A stretch of DNA of 64,000 nt from positions 103,378 to 167,377 of the forward strand of contig CAURXJ010000001.1 of assembly GCA_963528845.1 (NCBI GenBank), written 5' to 3'. This DNA comes from an uncultured Capnocytophaga sp. Lineage in GTDB: Bacteria; Bacteroidota; Bacteroidia; Flavobacteriales; Flavobacteriaceae. Every line of letters starts with the position of its first letter. Within the stretch, counting starts at the first letter, position 1. Shown here one piece after another: positions 1 through 10,289 of this stretch. Below the pieces are notes generated by a model, which was not told the DNA's origin, searched no databases, and saw only the letters and a program-made list of their open reading frames with translations. The position numbers and the translations under genes were made by a program.

Positions 1-51
1 AGGGAGCCCTATCTTCTTCGCTCTATTGGCTTTTCTTTTTTTACTCATTAT

Positions 52-141
52 CAGTGGTCAGTGAACAGAAAACAGTGAACAGTGAACAGTGAACGGTGAA
101 CAGAGGTCAGTTGTCATTAATCATTAATCATTGTTCATTGC
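52..141. repeat. Bipartite heptamer tandem-repeat tract (CAGTGAA-type units, then TCATTAA-type units) overlapping the ddl stop
   Basis: Units cagtggt/cagtgaa/cagaaaa/cagtgaa x3/cggtgaa/cagaggt at 52-107, then tcattaa x2, tcattgt, tcattgc at 114-141. Confidence 0.9.
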
Positions 142-1101
142 TTCTTCTATTGCATTGTCAAAGAGGTTTGTTAGTGAGATACCCGCAGCTTTAGCCTGTT
201 GAGGGAGGATACTATTCTTGGTTAGTCCAGGGGTGGTGTTCATCTCCAATAGGTGAGGTACCCCCCCGACAAGGATATATTCACTACGGCTGAATCCCCT
301 CATTTGTAATAGGTTATAGACCCTTAGGGCGACTTCTTCTACTTTCTTTCTTTCCTCTTCACTTAGGCGAGCAGGGGTGATTTCTTTGCTTTTACCCTGG
401 TATTTCGCTTCATAGTCGAAGAAATCATTTTCGGATACAATCTCAGTGATGGGCAACACTCGTTTTTTGCCATGGTAGGTAATCACTCCTACAGAGACTT
501 CGGTTCCCTTGAGGAATTCCTCAATGATTACCTCAGTATCCACCTCGAAAGCCTTTTCTATAGCCTGATCAATATCCTTTTCGTCGTAAGCCTTGAAGAC
601 TCCTATGCTACTGCCAGATCGATTAGCCTTGACAAAGCAGGGCAAGCCTACTGTTTTGATAATCTCGCGAGTGGAGAAAGGTTCTCCTTGGTTCAGGTAA
701 TAAGCTTTTGCCCGAGGGATACCATAAGGCTTGAGCACCGAGAGCATATCTCGCTTGTTGAAAGTCAGTGCTGAAGCATACATGCTACAGCCAGTAATAG
801 GTACACCCACTAGGGCAAAATACGCCTGTAAGTGGCCATCCTCCCCAGGGGTTCCATGGATGGCATTGAAAGCACAATCGAAGGTGATTTTCTTCCTCTC
901 TAGGGTCAGAGAGAAATCATTCTTATCTACCAGAATTTCTTGACCAAGGGTGTCGGTATATACCCATTTTTCTTTGGTAATCAGGATACGATAAGCTGTG
1001 TATTTGCTCTTGTCCAAGTACTCAGCTACAGTGGCAGCACTTTGGAGAGAAACGGCAGCCTCTTGGGAGAAACCTCCCATAAGTATGGCGATATTTTTCA
1101 T
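124..1101 (-). CDS. ddl: D-alanine--D-alanine ligase
   Basis: IAILMGGxSxE, AIHGTPGEDG, GSSIGV and LEMNTTPG motifs; ATG at 1101 (MKNIAIL) preferred over the TTG at 1131. Confidence 0.95.
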   Translation of the reverse strand: MKNIAILMGGFSQEAAVSLQSAATVAEYLDKSKYTAYRILITKEKWVYTDTLGQEILVDKNDFSLTLERKKITFDCAFNAIHGTPGEDGHLQAYFALVGVPITGCSMYASALTFNKRDMLSVLKPYGIPRAKAYYLNQGEPFSTREIIKTVGLPCFVKANRSGSSIGVFKAYDEKDIDQAIEKAFEVDTEVIIEEFLKGTEVSVGVITYHGKKRVLPITEIVSENDFFDYEAKYQGKSKEITPARLSEEERKKVEEVALRVYNLLQMRGFSRSEYILVGGVPHLLEMNTTPGLTKNSILPQQAKAAGISLTNLFDNAIEEAMNND

Positions 1102-1145
1102 GGTATGCTTAGAAATTTGTCTTTTAATCAATCTAAATAGCGGGG

Positions 1146-1153
1146 CAAATGTA
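1146..1153 (-). promoter_or_regulatory. Bacteroidota -7 promoter element (TACATTTG) for ddl
   Basis: Matches TAnnTTTG shortly upstream of the start. Confidence 0.65.
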
Positions 1154-1203
1154 CGAAAAATCTTTTAAAGAAAAAACAAATTAGGACGCCTATTTGTCTC
1201 TAT

Positions 1204-2541
1204 TTACCCTGCTTGTAAGGGGCGGTTAAAAAAGAAATTGATATAGTGAATAATGAGGATTCCTCCGCGGAAAGCCATCCAGACAAAGAAGGTCAGCCAG
1301 ATTCCACTCAGCCCCCATTCCAGCAGTGATTGGGTGACATAGAAGGTAGGGAAGAAGCCTAAGAAGGTAGCGATAATAAAGGCATTTCTTAGGATGGCGG
1401 TAAAGCCCATACCCTTATAGATACCATCGAAAAGGAAGGTGATGGCATTGAGAGGCTGCATGAGTACCACAATCCAGAAGGTTTCGAAGAAGAGTAACTG
1501 CACGTCCTTGTTCTTGGTCATAAAGACTCCTATCTGATGGTAGAATAGGAAGTATACCAAAAGGATAGCCATCCCAATGGTTAGCACTATATAGAACAAG
1601 TCCTTTACCAAGTTGCGTATGGTCTGGTACTGCTGGGTACTATAGAGTCGTCCAGAGAGCAAGCCGCCAGCATTGCAATAGCCGTCAAAGAGAAAGACTG
1701 AAAACAGCCAAACTTGATTTAAGATGGTATGGGTGGCAACAATGGTACTGTCCTCACCCCCGCCTAACTTTGTGGCACTGAGGAAAGAGAAGTAAAGTAC
1801 CCCTTGTAGTAAGGATGAGCGTATGATTAGGTCGAAGCTCATGCGCAAGCTCTGGAAGAACTTAGGGTGTAGCGACCTAGTGAGAATAAAGCGGTAAGGG
1901 GTTCTCTCATAGAGAAAGTATAAGGATACGGCAAACATGACCCCTTGTGCCAATAGGCTTGCCCAAGCCAATCCCTTGATATCCCAATGGAGGACAAAGA
2001 CGAAAATATAGTTGAACACCAAGTTGATAACCCCGCCTAAGATGCTGATATACATAGACCAAGAGGTGTTCTGCATCCCTCGGAAGATACTGTGTATAGT
2101 CAGGGTTAGCAGGGTAAAGGGGAATCCCCACACACGGATGCGAAAGTAATCCAAGCAATAATCCAAGAGGATGCCATCCGCATCGTAGAAATTGGTTAGG
2201 ATCACCTCACTGTTGAAAAACGCGAAGATAGAGCACAACAGCGAGAGCCCCAACGAAAGGGTAAGGATCTGTGCTACTAAGCTCTTGAGCTGGTTGAGCT
2301 TCTCCTGCCCATAAGCATAGGCTACTTGTGAGGTGATGGCACGACTGCTCTGAATGAATATCCATACCAAGGAGGTCAGAAAAGAAGAAATGATGCCCAC
2401 TGCCCCGAGGACTTCCTTTGTATTCAGGGCGATATGTCCAGCCATGATCGTATCAGTAAGCGATATAAGCGGTTCTATCACACCAGAAACAAGGGCGGGC
2501 AACGCCAAGCGGTTGATTTCTGTAATAGATATTCGTTTCAA
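1204..2541 (-). CDS. MATE family efflux transporter (TTG start)
   Basis: 445 aa highly hydrophobic protein; LALPALVSGVIEPLISLTDT and FRGMQNT motifs typical of MATE/DinF. Confidence 0.9.
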   Translation of the reverse strand: MKRISITEINRLALPALVSGVIEPLISLTDTIMAGHIALNTKEVLGAVGIISSFLTSLVWIFIQSSRAITSQVAYAYGQEKLNQLKSLVAQILTLSLGLSLLCSIFAFFNSEVILTNFYDADGILLDYCLDYFRIRVWGFPFTLLTLTIHSIFRGMQNTSWSMYISILGGVINLVFNYIFVFVLHWDIKGLAWASLLAQGVMFAVSLYFLYERTPYRFILTRSLHPKFFQSLRMSFDLIIRSSLLQGVLYFSFLSATKLGGGEDSTIVATHTILNQVWLFSVFLFDGYCNAGGLLSGRLYSTQQYQTIRNLVKDLFYIVLTIGMAILLVYFLFYHQIGVFMTKNKDVQLLFFETFWIVVLMQPLNAITFLFDGIYKGMGFTAILRNAFIIATFLGFFPTFYVTQSLLEWGLSGIWLTFFVWMAFRGGILIIHYINFFFNRPLQAG

Positions 2542-2578
2542 AAAATATGGATTTGGCTAATGAACACAAATAGCACCG

Positions 2579-2586
2579 CAAAATTA
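2579..2586 (-). promoter_or_regulatory. -7 promoter element (TAATTTTG) for the MATE gene
   Basis: TAnnTTTG match upstream of the start. Confidence 0.6.
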
Positions 2587-2721
2587 CATTATTTTTAGGA
2601 CATACCCAAAGAAAGTATAAGGTTTTATTTTTTATATAGTGGGCAGAGAGCAGAGAGCAGATCATATACTCACCATAAGTAGAGCTTTTAGCTCTTTATT
2701 GGAGAATTTGGTAAAAAATCG

Positions 2722-2729
2722 TAATTTTG
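2722..2729 (+). promoter_or_regulatory. -7 promoter element (TAATTTTG) for the ketoacyl synthase gene
   Basis: TAnnTTTG match upstream of the start. Confidence 0.6.
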
Positions 2730-2757
2730 TAACCCCTTTTGAAAATCATAAAAACAC

Positions 2758-3915
2758 ATGCAAACCAATATATCTATTACAGGGATGGGGAGTATCTCCC
2801 CTTTGGGAGCGGATAGAGCCAACATCTGGAGGCAATATTTCTTAGACAAACCGCTGCTGGTAGGGCAAAGGGTAGGGGAGGAGCTGCTTCCCGTGGGGAG
2901 ATTGCAGGAAGAAAGCCATGCCTTGGTTAGAGAAATACGACAAGAAAACGCCCGATATAGAAGTGTAGATCCTACGGTACTCTATGCACTATATGCCTCG
3001 CGGCAGGCCTTGCAGGAGGCAGGTTGGGAGCAGGGTAAGGACTTTGGGGTCAATATAGGTTCTTCCCGAGGAGCGACAACCCTCTTTGAAGAGTATCACC
3101 AGAGTTTTCTCGAGCAGGGTAAGTGTGCCCCCTTGGCCTCGCCTACTACTTCTTTAGGCAATATTGCTTCTTGGGTGATGCAGGATGCCAAAGGGCAAGG
3201 AGCGGCTATCTCTCACTCTATCACTTGCTCCACAGCACTACATGCCTTGCTCAATGGTATCGCTTGGCTTCATGCAGATATGGCGGAGGGCTTCCTTGTG
3301 GGTGGGAGTGAAGCGCCACTGACACCCTTTACGCTATCTCAGATGAAGGCCCTGAAGATTTATGGTTCTTTGAGTGATTCCTACCCCTGCCAACCCCTGC
3401 TCTTAGAGAAACTTAAGAATACTATGGTACTGGGAGAAGGAAGTGCCGTTTTTGCTATAGAGAAAGGGGTGCGACCCAACGCTTTGGCGATTGTCAAAGG
3501 GATAGGCTATGCTACCGAAGTCATCACCCACCCTGTGGCCATCTCTGCTCAGGCGGAAGCCCTGCAGCTAAGTATGCAACAGGCTTTGCAGGGAGTAGCC
3601 CCAGCTGAGGTGGATGTGGTGATTCCTCATGCTACGGGAACCATCAAGGGGGATGAGGCCGAGTACCATGCCCTCAGGGATGTTTTTGGTCAGGACTTGC
3701 CACGACTTACCTCCAACAAATGGAAGATCGGGCACACCTTTGCTGCCAGTGGTGCCTTAGCTATTGAGATGGCGGTACTCATGCTCCAGAATCAGCAGTT
3801 TTTGCCACTACCTTATCTAAAGAAAGAGGCAGAAGCTCCTCTTAGGAATATACTTATCAATGCAACAGGCTTTGGAGGAAATGCGGTGAGTGTACTTATA
3901 GGCTTGCCTTACTGA
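2758..3915 (+). CDS. Beta-ketoacyl-ACP synthase family protein (FabB/FabF-like)
   Basis: ITGMGSISPLG N-terminus, catalytic Cys (ITCST), His in HATGT, KxxIGH, and GFGG near the C-terminus. Confidence 0.85.
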   Translation: MQTNISITGMGSISPLGADRANIWRQYFLDKPLLVGQRVGEELLPVGRLQEESHALVREIRQENARYRSVDPTVLYALYASRQALQEAGWEQGKDFGVNIGSSRGATTLFEEYHQSFLEQGKCAPLASPTTSLGNIASWVMQDAKGQGAAISHSITCSTALHALLNGIAWLHADMAEGFLVGGSEAPLTPFTLSQMKALKIYGSLSDSYPCQPLLLEKLKNTMVLGEGSAVFAIEKGVRPNALAIVKGIGYATEVITHPVAISAQAEALQLSMQQALQGVAPAEVDVVIPHATGTIKGDEAEYHALRDVFGQDLPRLTSNKWKIGHTFAASGALAIEMAVLMLQNQQFLPLPYLKKEAEAPLRNILINATGFGGNAVSVLIGLPY

Positions 3916-3961
3916 GGTGAAAAATAGTCAAGAAAATATTGACCATTCTCCATTAATTTTG

Positions 3962-3969
3962 TACTTTTG
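3962..3969 (+). promoter_or_regulatory. -7 promoter element (TACTTTTG) for hemL
   Basis: TAnnTTTG match upstream of the start. Confidence 0.7.
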
Positions 3970-3992
3970 CACCAACGAAAATATTTTAAAAA

Positions 3993-5288
3993 ATGTTACA
4001 ATACAAGAGAAGTAGTGAATTATTTCACCAGGCACAACAGGTGCTTCCTGGAGGGGTTAACTCCCCCGTGCGTGCTTTCAATGCGGTAGGAGGAAATCCT
4101 GTATTTGTAGAATATGCCAAGGGAGCTTACCTATATGATGCTGATGGGAATAAGCTCATCGACTATATAGCCTCCTGGGGGCCTCTGCTCTTTGGTCATG
4201 CCTATGCTCCTGTTATCGAAGCGGTAACCGAGCACGCCAAGCGCGGTACGTCCTTTGGGATGCCTACCGAAGTAGAGACAGAAATTGCTCAAAAAGCCCT
4301 TTCTATGGTGCCCCATGTGGAGAAAATTCGCTTTGTCAATAGTGGTACCGAGGCGTGTATGAGTGCTATCCGCTTGGCACGAGGCTATACTCAGCGAGAA
4401 AAGATTATCAAGTTTGCCGGTTGCTACCATGGTCATTCAGATTCCTTCCTTATTGCGGCCGGAAGTGGCGCCACTACCTTTGGAGTTCCTAACAGTCCAG
4501 GGGTGACACAAGGAACAGCTAAGGATACCTTACTGGCTACCTACAATGATATTGATTCCGTAAAGCAACTCTTTGCGGCACACCCCAAGCAGATCGCTGC
4601 ACTTATTATAGAGCCTATAGCAGGGAATATGGGCTGTGTATTGCCAAAAGAAGGGTTCTTGGAAGCGCTACGAGCACTATGTGACCAAGAGGGTACTCTC
4701 CTTATCTTAGATGAGGTGATGACCGGTTTCCGTTTGGCTAAGGGAGGAGCTCAGGAGGCACTTGGGATTCGGGCGGATATTGTTACCTTTGGGAAAGTGA
4801 TCGGAGGCGGTCTGCCTGTGGCTGCTTTTGCAGCACGCAATGAGATTATGGATCACTTGGCGCCCTTAGGAGCAGTGTATCAAGCAGGGACACTCAGTGG
4901 AAACCCCTTAGCGATGAGTGCAGGACTGGCCATGCTTACCGAGATAGAGAAGCGCTCTGAGGTATTTGAGAGCTTAGGCAAGAAGACAGCCTATCTGCAC
5001 GAAGGCTTGGATAGGGTGCTTACCCAGGCGGGAATCCCCCATCAGATCAATCGTTTTGGCTCTATGTGTTCGGTATTCTTTACTGAAGAACCTGTAACCG
5101 ATTTTGCTTCAGCACAGCGTGCGGATCACCAGCGTTTCAAGAAGTATTTCCATGCGATGCTCTCCCGAGGGATCTACCTTCCCCCCAGTGGTTACGAAAG
5201 TTACTTCCTCAACGATGCCCTTTCCTACGCTGACTTGGATACAACCATCCAAGCCCTGGCGGATGCCTTGGAGAAAGGGGAAATCTGA
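3993..5288 (+). CDS. hemL: Glutamate-1-semialdehyde 2,1-aminomutase
   Basis: [35 protein letters not shown] and [10 protein letters not shown] motifs. Confidence 0.97.
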   Translation: MLQYKRSSELFHQAQQVLPGGVNSPVRAFNAVGGNPVFVEYAKGAYLYDADGNKLIDYIASWGPLLFGHAYAPVIEAVTEHAKRGTSFGMPTEVETEIAQKALSMVPHVEKIRFVNSGTEACMSAIRLARGYTQREKIIKFAGCYHGHSDSFLIAAGSGATTFGVPNSPGVTQGTAKDTLLATYNDIDSVKQLFAAHPKQIAALIIEPIAGNMGCVLPKEGFLEALRALCDQEGTLLILDEVMTGFRLAKGGAQEALGIRADIVTFGKVIGGGLPVAAFAARNEIMDHLAPLGAVYQAGTLSGNPLAMSAGLAMLTEIEKRSEVFESLGKKTAYLHEGLDRVLTQAGIPHQINRFGSMCSVFFTEEPVTDFASAQRADHQRFKKYFHAMLSRGIYLPPSGYESYFLNDALSYADLDTTIQALADALEKGEI

Positions 5289-5292
5289 AAAA

Positions 5293-5330
5293 CAGTGAGC
5301 AGTGAACAGTGAATGGAGAGCAGAGAGCAG
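5293..5330 (+). repeat. CAGTGAR/CAGAGAG heptamer tract after hemL
   Basis: cagtgag cagtgaa cagtgaa tggagag cagagag cag. Confidence 0.8.
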
Positions 5331-5366
5331 TTGTCAGGATGTTATGACAGTTGCTCTCTGTTTTTT
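5321..5366 (+). terminator. Rho-independent terminator after hemL
   Basis: CAGAGAGCAGTTGTCA / TGACAGTTGCTCTCTG stem with two G-U pairs, followed by T6. Confidence 0.85.
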
Positions 5367-5519
5367 GTTTCTATTCATGTGAGTAGGGTTCACTTTCTCC
5401 ACTCTTGGAAAGAGACGGCTTAGAACTCACTATTTTATGATTGTCTATTTAGATTGATTATAAAAAATATAATTTTCTTAAAAAACCAGAAAAAAATTCG
5501 TCAGTCTCGTGAAAAATCG

Positions 5520-5527
5520 TAAATTTG
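5520..5527 (+). promoter_or_regulatory. -7 promoter element (TAAATTTG) for the susC operon
   Basis: TAnnTTTG match upstream of the start. Confidence 0.6.
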
Positions 5528-5551
5528 GCCTAAAAATAAAAACTCAAATTT

Positions 5552-8500
5552 ATGCGAATCAAAATAAGCATTTGCTTACTGTTTTCCCTTCTGGGGATGA
5601 TTCACACTTTTGCACAAGAGAAGTCCATCAGTGGGACCGTTAAGAACTCACAGGGCTTACCACAGCAAGGAGTCGTCGTTTCTCTCAAGGGGGATTCCTC
5701 ACGTACTACCCAGACCGATGCTAAGGGAGGGTATACGATTTTAGCCAAAAGTACTGACATTTTGGTATTTTCCTCTTTGGGAATGGCAACCATAGAGCGA
5801 ACAGTAGGGGAGGCAACCACGATAGATGTGGTGATGTCTTCTTCCACAGCCAAGGCAACCCCTACCCCTTCTACCACAGGAGAAGCGGTAGCACGTACCA
5901 ATGTACGAGGCCCTTCTTCCATCTATGGGGAGAGCAAGCCGCTATGGGTGGTAGATGGGATCATTCTGGACGATGGGGTAGAGCTCAGCCCAGATGCCCT
6001 CTCCTCTTCGGATGCCAAAACCCTTATTGCCTCAGCCTTGGGGGGATTATCTTCTGATGATATTGACACCTTCCGTGTACTCAAGGATGCTTCGGCTACT
6101 TCCATCTATGGGCCTCGTGCCATAGCAGGGGTGGTGGTAGTCAATACCCGCAAAGGGTCTAAGGGCACCAATAGCATTTCCTATACCAATGAATCTACCT
6201 TTAGGCTCATTCCTTCCTATAACAACTTCAATATCATGAACTCCCAAGACCAAATGGATGTCTTCATGGAAATGTTTAGAAGAGGGAATATTACCTATAA
6301 AGAGATGGGGAACCGCCGTCACTATGGAGAGATAGGGCGTATGTATAGCCTGCTGAATACAGCAACTCCCTCAGGGTATGGACTGGCCAATACCGATGAA
6401 GCCAAGGAGGCCTTTTTAAGAGCGGCGGAGATGCGCAATACCAATTGGTTTGCCCATCTGTTCCAGACTTCTATCCTACAGAGCCATTCGGTGAGCCTCT
6501 CCACAGGTACAGACAAGGCTTCTTACTATGCTTCTGTGGGCTTTCTTAATGATCCAGGATGGATGCGCTTTTCCAACTATAATAGATATACAGCCAATCT
6601 CAATGCCAACTATAAGCTAAGCCAGCAGGTATCCCTTAACCTGATTGTCAATGGCTCCTATCGCGAGAACAAAACTCCAGGTTCTGTGGATGGTGTATCA
6701 GGCAAGGTGTCCTCAGGCTTCTCCCTGAACCCCTACTCCTATGCACTGAATGCCTCCCGTACTATGGACCCAGAGGCTACCTATCGTTATCGCTATGCAC
6801 CCTTGAATATCTTTGAGGAGATGGAGAACAACTATACCAATACTCATATAGGAGATATCAAGATACAGGGACAACTCTCTTGGAAAATCTCCCCTAAGGT
6901 AACTGCGGTAGGATTGGCAGCGATTCGCTACCAGAACATCTCCCAAGAACTCAACCAGACCGAAAGATCGAACTTGGCCATAGCTTATAGAGCGATGGAC
7001 AATGTTACCATGATCACTAACAATACCTACCTCTACGAAGACCCTTATGACGATTTCGATGTAAAGCGTACTGTACTTCCTGAAGGAGGAATTCGTGAAA
7101 AGAGCGAAAGTATCCTCAATGGTAAGGACTTCCGTGGTACGATAGACTATAGGGATGCTTTCTCAGGAGGTATTCACAAGATACAAATATTGGGAGGTGC
7201 TGAGACCAGCGACATCTATCGTAACAAGGACTGGAACCAGAACTTAGGTTTGTTATACGAATTGGGCGATATGTCCTACTTCTCCTATGAGGCCTTCAAG
7301 CAGATGCAGGAGAATAAAACCAACTACTACACCCTTACCCGTACCACTACACGCAATGTAGCTTTCTTCTCCAACGCAATGTACTCCTATAAGGACAAAT
7401 ATATCTTCAACGGGACTCTCCGTACCGATGCCTCCAACAAGTTCGGTGCTTCTCGCTATATCCGCTGGATGCCTACATGGAACCTTGCTCTCACTTGGAA
7501 TATTTCTCAGGAAAAATTCTTCCCTAAACTCAAGCCTATTTCAGCTCTTTCTTTCAAAGGATCTTTTGGGATGACCCCTGAGAGTCCTTCAGTGAGCAAC
7601 TCCTTGGCCAAGATCATAGGAGAACGTCCTTGGCGTAGTGCTGACCACCTAAGAGAGACAGCCTTGCGCATCAGTGAAGCAGCCAATAACGACCTTACCT
7701 ATGAGAAAAAAGAAGAGCTAAACCTTGGGGTACAGATGGGACTCTTCAAGAACCGAATCAACCTTGCCTTGGATTGGTATACTCGTAACAACTACGACCT
7801 TATAGGGCGTGTACCTTCACAAGGGCTTAATGGAACCGTAATCCGTTCAGGCAACGTAGCTGCGATGCGCTCCTCAGGAGTGGATTTGAGTCTCCAGACC
7901 AAGAACCTTACCATAGGAGACTTCTCCTGGGTAACTACCTTCGTCTATGCCCGAAATGACAATAAAATCACCAAACTCTATGTAGAGGCCACCATCGAGG
8001 ATATGGTCAAGGGAACCGGTTTCTCCAAGGAAGGCTACCCAGTGGGCTCTATCTTCTCTATTCCTTTCCGCGGACTCAACAGCGAGGGACTTCCTACCTT
8101 TGCCGACTCCAATGGTAATACCACTATAGACGGACTTCGCCTTGATCAGCGAGACAACTTGGACTTCTTAAAATATTCAGGAACTACCCGCCCTACCGAT
8201 GTGGGAAGCTTGGGGAACCTATTCAAGTACAAAGGAATATCTCTTAATATACTCCTTACCTACTCTTTTGGAAATGTATTGCGCTTACCAGCTTCTTTCA
8301 AACATTCATATATTAACGACTCTCCTACCTCACCCAGTGATATGGTTGCAATGCCAAAAGAGTTCAAAAATCGCTGGATGCAACCAGGAGATGAGAACAG
8401 AACGAATATCCCTGCTATTGCTTCTGCTTATCAGCTCTATGCAATTCCTACTTTGGAGTATGCCTATACCGCTTATAACTATTCCGATGTACGTATCGCC

Positions 8501-8728
8501 AAGGGAGATTTCATTCGCTTGAAAGAGATTTCTCTCGCCTATGACTTTGATAAAGAAACGCTTCGTGATATGAAAATCAAGCGCCTAAGTTTCAAACTAC
8601 AAGGAACAAACCTTTTCTTACTCTATGCTGATAAGAAGCTTAACGGAGCTGATCCGGAGTTTTCGGCAAGTAGCTCTTTCATCCCTACGCCTAAGCAGCT
8701 TACCTTCAGTATACGTGTAGGACTATAA
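5552..8728 (+). CDS. susC: SusC/RagA family TonB-dependent outer membrane transporter
   Basis: Signal peptide, CarboxypepD-like N-domain, PLWVVDG, VLKDASATSIYG..GVVVVNT plug motif, barrel C-terminus; followed by a SusD-like gene. Confidence 0.93.
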   Translation: MRIKISICLLFSLLGMIHTFAQEKSISGTVKNSQGLPQQGVVVSLKGDSSRTTQTDAKGGYTILAKSTDILVFSSLGMATIERTVGEATTIDVVMSSSTAKATPTPSTTGEAVARTNVRGPSSIYGESKPLWVVDGIILDDGVELSPDALSSSDAKTLIASALGGLSSDDIDTFRVLKDASATSIYGPRAIAGVVVVNTRKGSKGTNSISYTNESTFRLIPSYNNFNIMNSQDQMDVFMEMFRRGNITYKEMGNRRHYGEIGRMYSLLNTATPSGYGLANTDEAKEAFLRAAEMRNTNWFAHLFQTSILQSHSVSLSTGTDKASYYASVGFLNDPGWMRFSNYNRYTANLNANYKLSQQVSLNLIVNGSYRENKTPGSVDGVSGKVSSGFSLNPYSYALNASRTMDPEATYRYRYAPLNIFEEMENNYTNTHIGDIKIQGQLSWKISPKVTAVGLAAIRYQNISQELNQTERSNLAIAYRAMDNVTMITNNTYLYEDPYDDFDVKRTVLPEGGIREKSESILNGKDFRGTIDYRDAFSGGIHKIQILGGAETSDIYRNKDWNQNLGLLYELGDMSYFSYEAFKQMQENKTNYYTLTRTTTRNVAFFSNAMYSYKDKYIFNGTLRTDASNKFGASRYIRWMPTWNLALTWNISQEKFFPKLKPISALSFKGSFGMTPESPSVSNSLAKIIGERPWRSADHLRETALRISEAANNDLTYEKKEELNLGVQMGLFKNRINLALDWYTRNNYDLIGRVPSQGLNGTVIRSGNVAAMRSSGVDLSLQTKNLTIGDFSWVTTFVYARNDNKITKLYVEATIEDMVKGTGFSKEGYPVGSIFSIPFRGLNSEGLPTFADSNGNTTIDGLRLDQRDNLDFLKYSGTTRPTDVGSLGNLFKYKGISLNILLTYSFGNVLRLPASFKHSYINDSPTSPSDMVAMPKEFKNRWMQPGDENRTNIPAIASAYQLYAIPTLEYAYTAYNYSDVRIAKGDFIRLKEISLAYDFDKETLRDMKIKRLSFKLQGTNLFLLYADKKLNGADPEFSASSSFIPTPKQLTFSIRVGL

Positions 8729-8744
8729 CCTAAAAAATATTCAC

Positions 8745-10277
8745 ATGAGAAGAAATAAAATTCCTTTTATACTAATGCTACTGCTCAGTGTGGTGGCCTG
8801 CGACAAATATTTGGATAAAGACCCCGATAGTAGAGTGACAGTCGATAGTGCGGATAAAGTGCAGAAGCTCTTGGTCAGTGCCTATCCTACCTCGACCCCA
8901 GCGGTAGTTACCGAATTTTCCTCGGATAATATAGACGATATAGGTGCAACCAATGCCAAGACACTTTCTTTTATAGAAGAACTCGTATATTGGCAAAAGG
9001 ACATGCACGAGTACAAGTACCTCGATGGCCTACGTACCCTCTGGGAAACCCACTATGATGCTATCTATCATGCCAATACTGCCTTGGAAGCTATCACAGA
9101 GCTGGGAGATTCTCCCCAGCTGAGAGCCGCTAAGGGAGAAGCCTTGGTAGCTCGTGCCTATGCCCATTTCGTTTTGGTAAACCTCTTTGGTAAGCCCTAT
9201 AACAGCCAGACAAGCACGACGGATCTGGGGGTGCCCTATATAGATTTTCCTATTAACAACTTCCGAGCAGAACGCCCTCGTAATACCGTAGCAGAGGTAT
9301 ATCAGCATATAGAAAAAGACCTTACAGAAGGGCTTCCTTTGCTTGATGATACTTACTATAAAGTACCTAAGATGCATTTTAATAAAAAAGCAGCCTATGC
9401 TTTTGCTGCTCGTTTCTATCTGTATTATACCCAATGGGCTAAGGCAGAGCAGATGGCAACCGAGGTATTGGGGGACACCCCTACCAACTTGCGCAACTGG
9501 AGTGCCTTCCAAGCTTTGGGGAACAATGACCCTCATGCCAAGGAATACACTCGTGATGGGGTAGAAGCAAACCTTATGCTTGCCTCGGTATCCTCCTATG
9601 CACGTCGCTTCATTGATGGGCAGACAGTAGCTCGTTTTGCACACTCCAGAAGTACTGCTGTAAGAGAGACCTTCCGCGATGCTAATAACCTTTGGACGAA
9701 TAGCTATAAGGATAAACAATATGAATACTTCCGTGTGGATGCCAGCAAGTATATCTATACCAAATATCCTACCTATACGGGTAATAATACCCAGATTGTC
9801 CTTTTTACCACGGATGAGACCCTACTGGTTCGTGCAGAGGCTCGTATTCTTCAGAAGAACTATACAGGAGCTGTTGCGGACTTGAACCTTTTTGCTAAGG
9901 CCTACCTTGCCGATGAACCTCAGTTCACCATGAGTCAGATTGTTTCTGGATACCAGAACATGGCTTACTCAAGCTATGATACTTCTACCAAGCTCAGTCA
10001 TGCCACTCAGAAGAAGCGCCTTTCGCCTGTTTTTTCAATAGATAGTGATCAGGAGAACCTCTTACACTTTCTTTTGCAATGTCGTAGGTTACTCACCCTT
10101 GGCGAGGGCTTGCGCTGGTATGATATTCGCCGCTATGGCATAGAAATACACCGCCACCAGATGGATATAGACGGGAATGCCCATGTGGTAGAAGTACTTA
10201 CTAAGGACGATAACCGACGTACCCTACCTATCCCTGTGGATGTAGCAGCCGCCGGAATGACACAAAACCCAAGATAA
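8745..10277 (+). CDS. susD: SusD/RagB family nutrient-binding lipoprotein
   Basis: Lipobox VVAC, GEALVARAYAHF, LLVRAEA, GEGLRWYDIRR, and C-terminal QNP. Confidence 0.92.
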   Translation: MRRNKIPFILMLLLSVVACDKYLDKDPDSRVTVDSADKVQKLLVSAYPTSTPAVVTEFSSDNIDDIGATNAKTLSFIEELVYWQKDMHEYKYLDGLRTLWETHYDAIYHANTALEAITELGDSPQLRAAKGEALVARAYAHFVLVNLFGKPYNSQTSTTDLGVPYIDFPINNFRAERPRNTVAEVYQHIEKDLTEGLPLLDDTYYKVPKMHFNKKAAYAFAARFYLYYTQWAKAEQMATEVLGDTPTNLRNWSAFQALGNNDPHAKEYTRDGVEANLMLASVSSYARRFIDGQTVARFAHSRSTAVRETFRDANNLWTNSYKDKQYEYFRVDASKYIYTKYPTYTGNNTQIVLFTTDETLLVRAEARILQKNYTGAVADLNLFAKAYLADEPQFTMSQIVSGYQNMAYSSYDTSTKLSHATQKKRLSPVFSIDSDQENLLHFLLQCRRLLTLGEGLRWYDIRRYGIEIHRHQMDIDGNAHVVEVLTKDDNRRTLPIPVDVAAAGMTQNPR

Positions 10278-10289
10278 AATGATTTCAGT

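Noticed and set aside
52..141. Heptamer tracts as a CRISPR array
   Set aside because: Units are 7 nt and contiguous, with no spacers; no cas genes are present
2758..3915. Lone ketosynthase as part of a secondary-metabolite cluster
   Set aside because: No ACP, reductase or tailoring genes are adjacent
9030..9719. 229-aa antisense ORF inside susD, and similar shadow ORFs such as 58947-59666
   Set aside because: They lie fully antisense to well-supported genes and have no recognisable motifs
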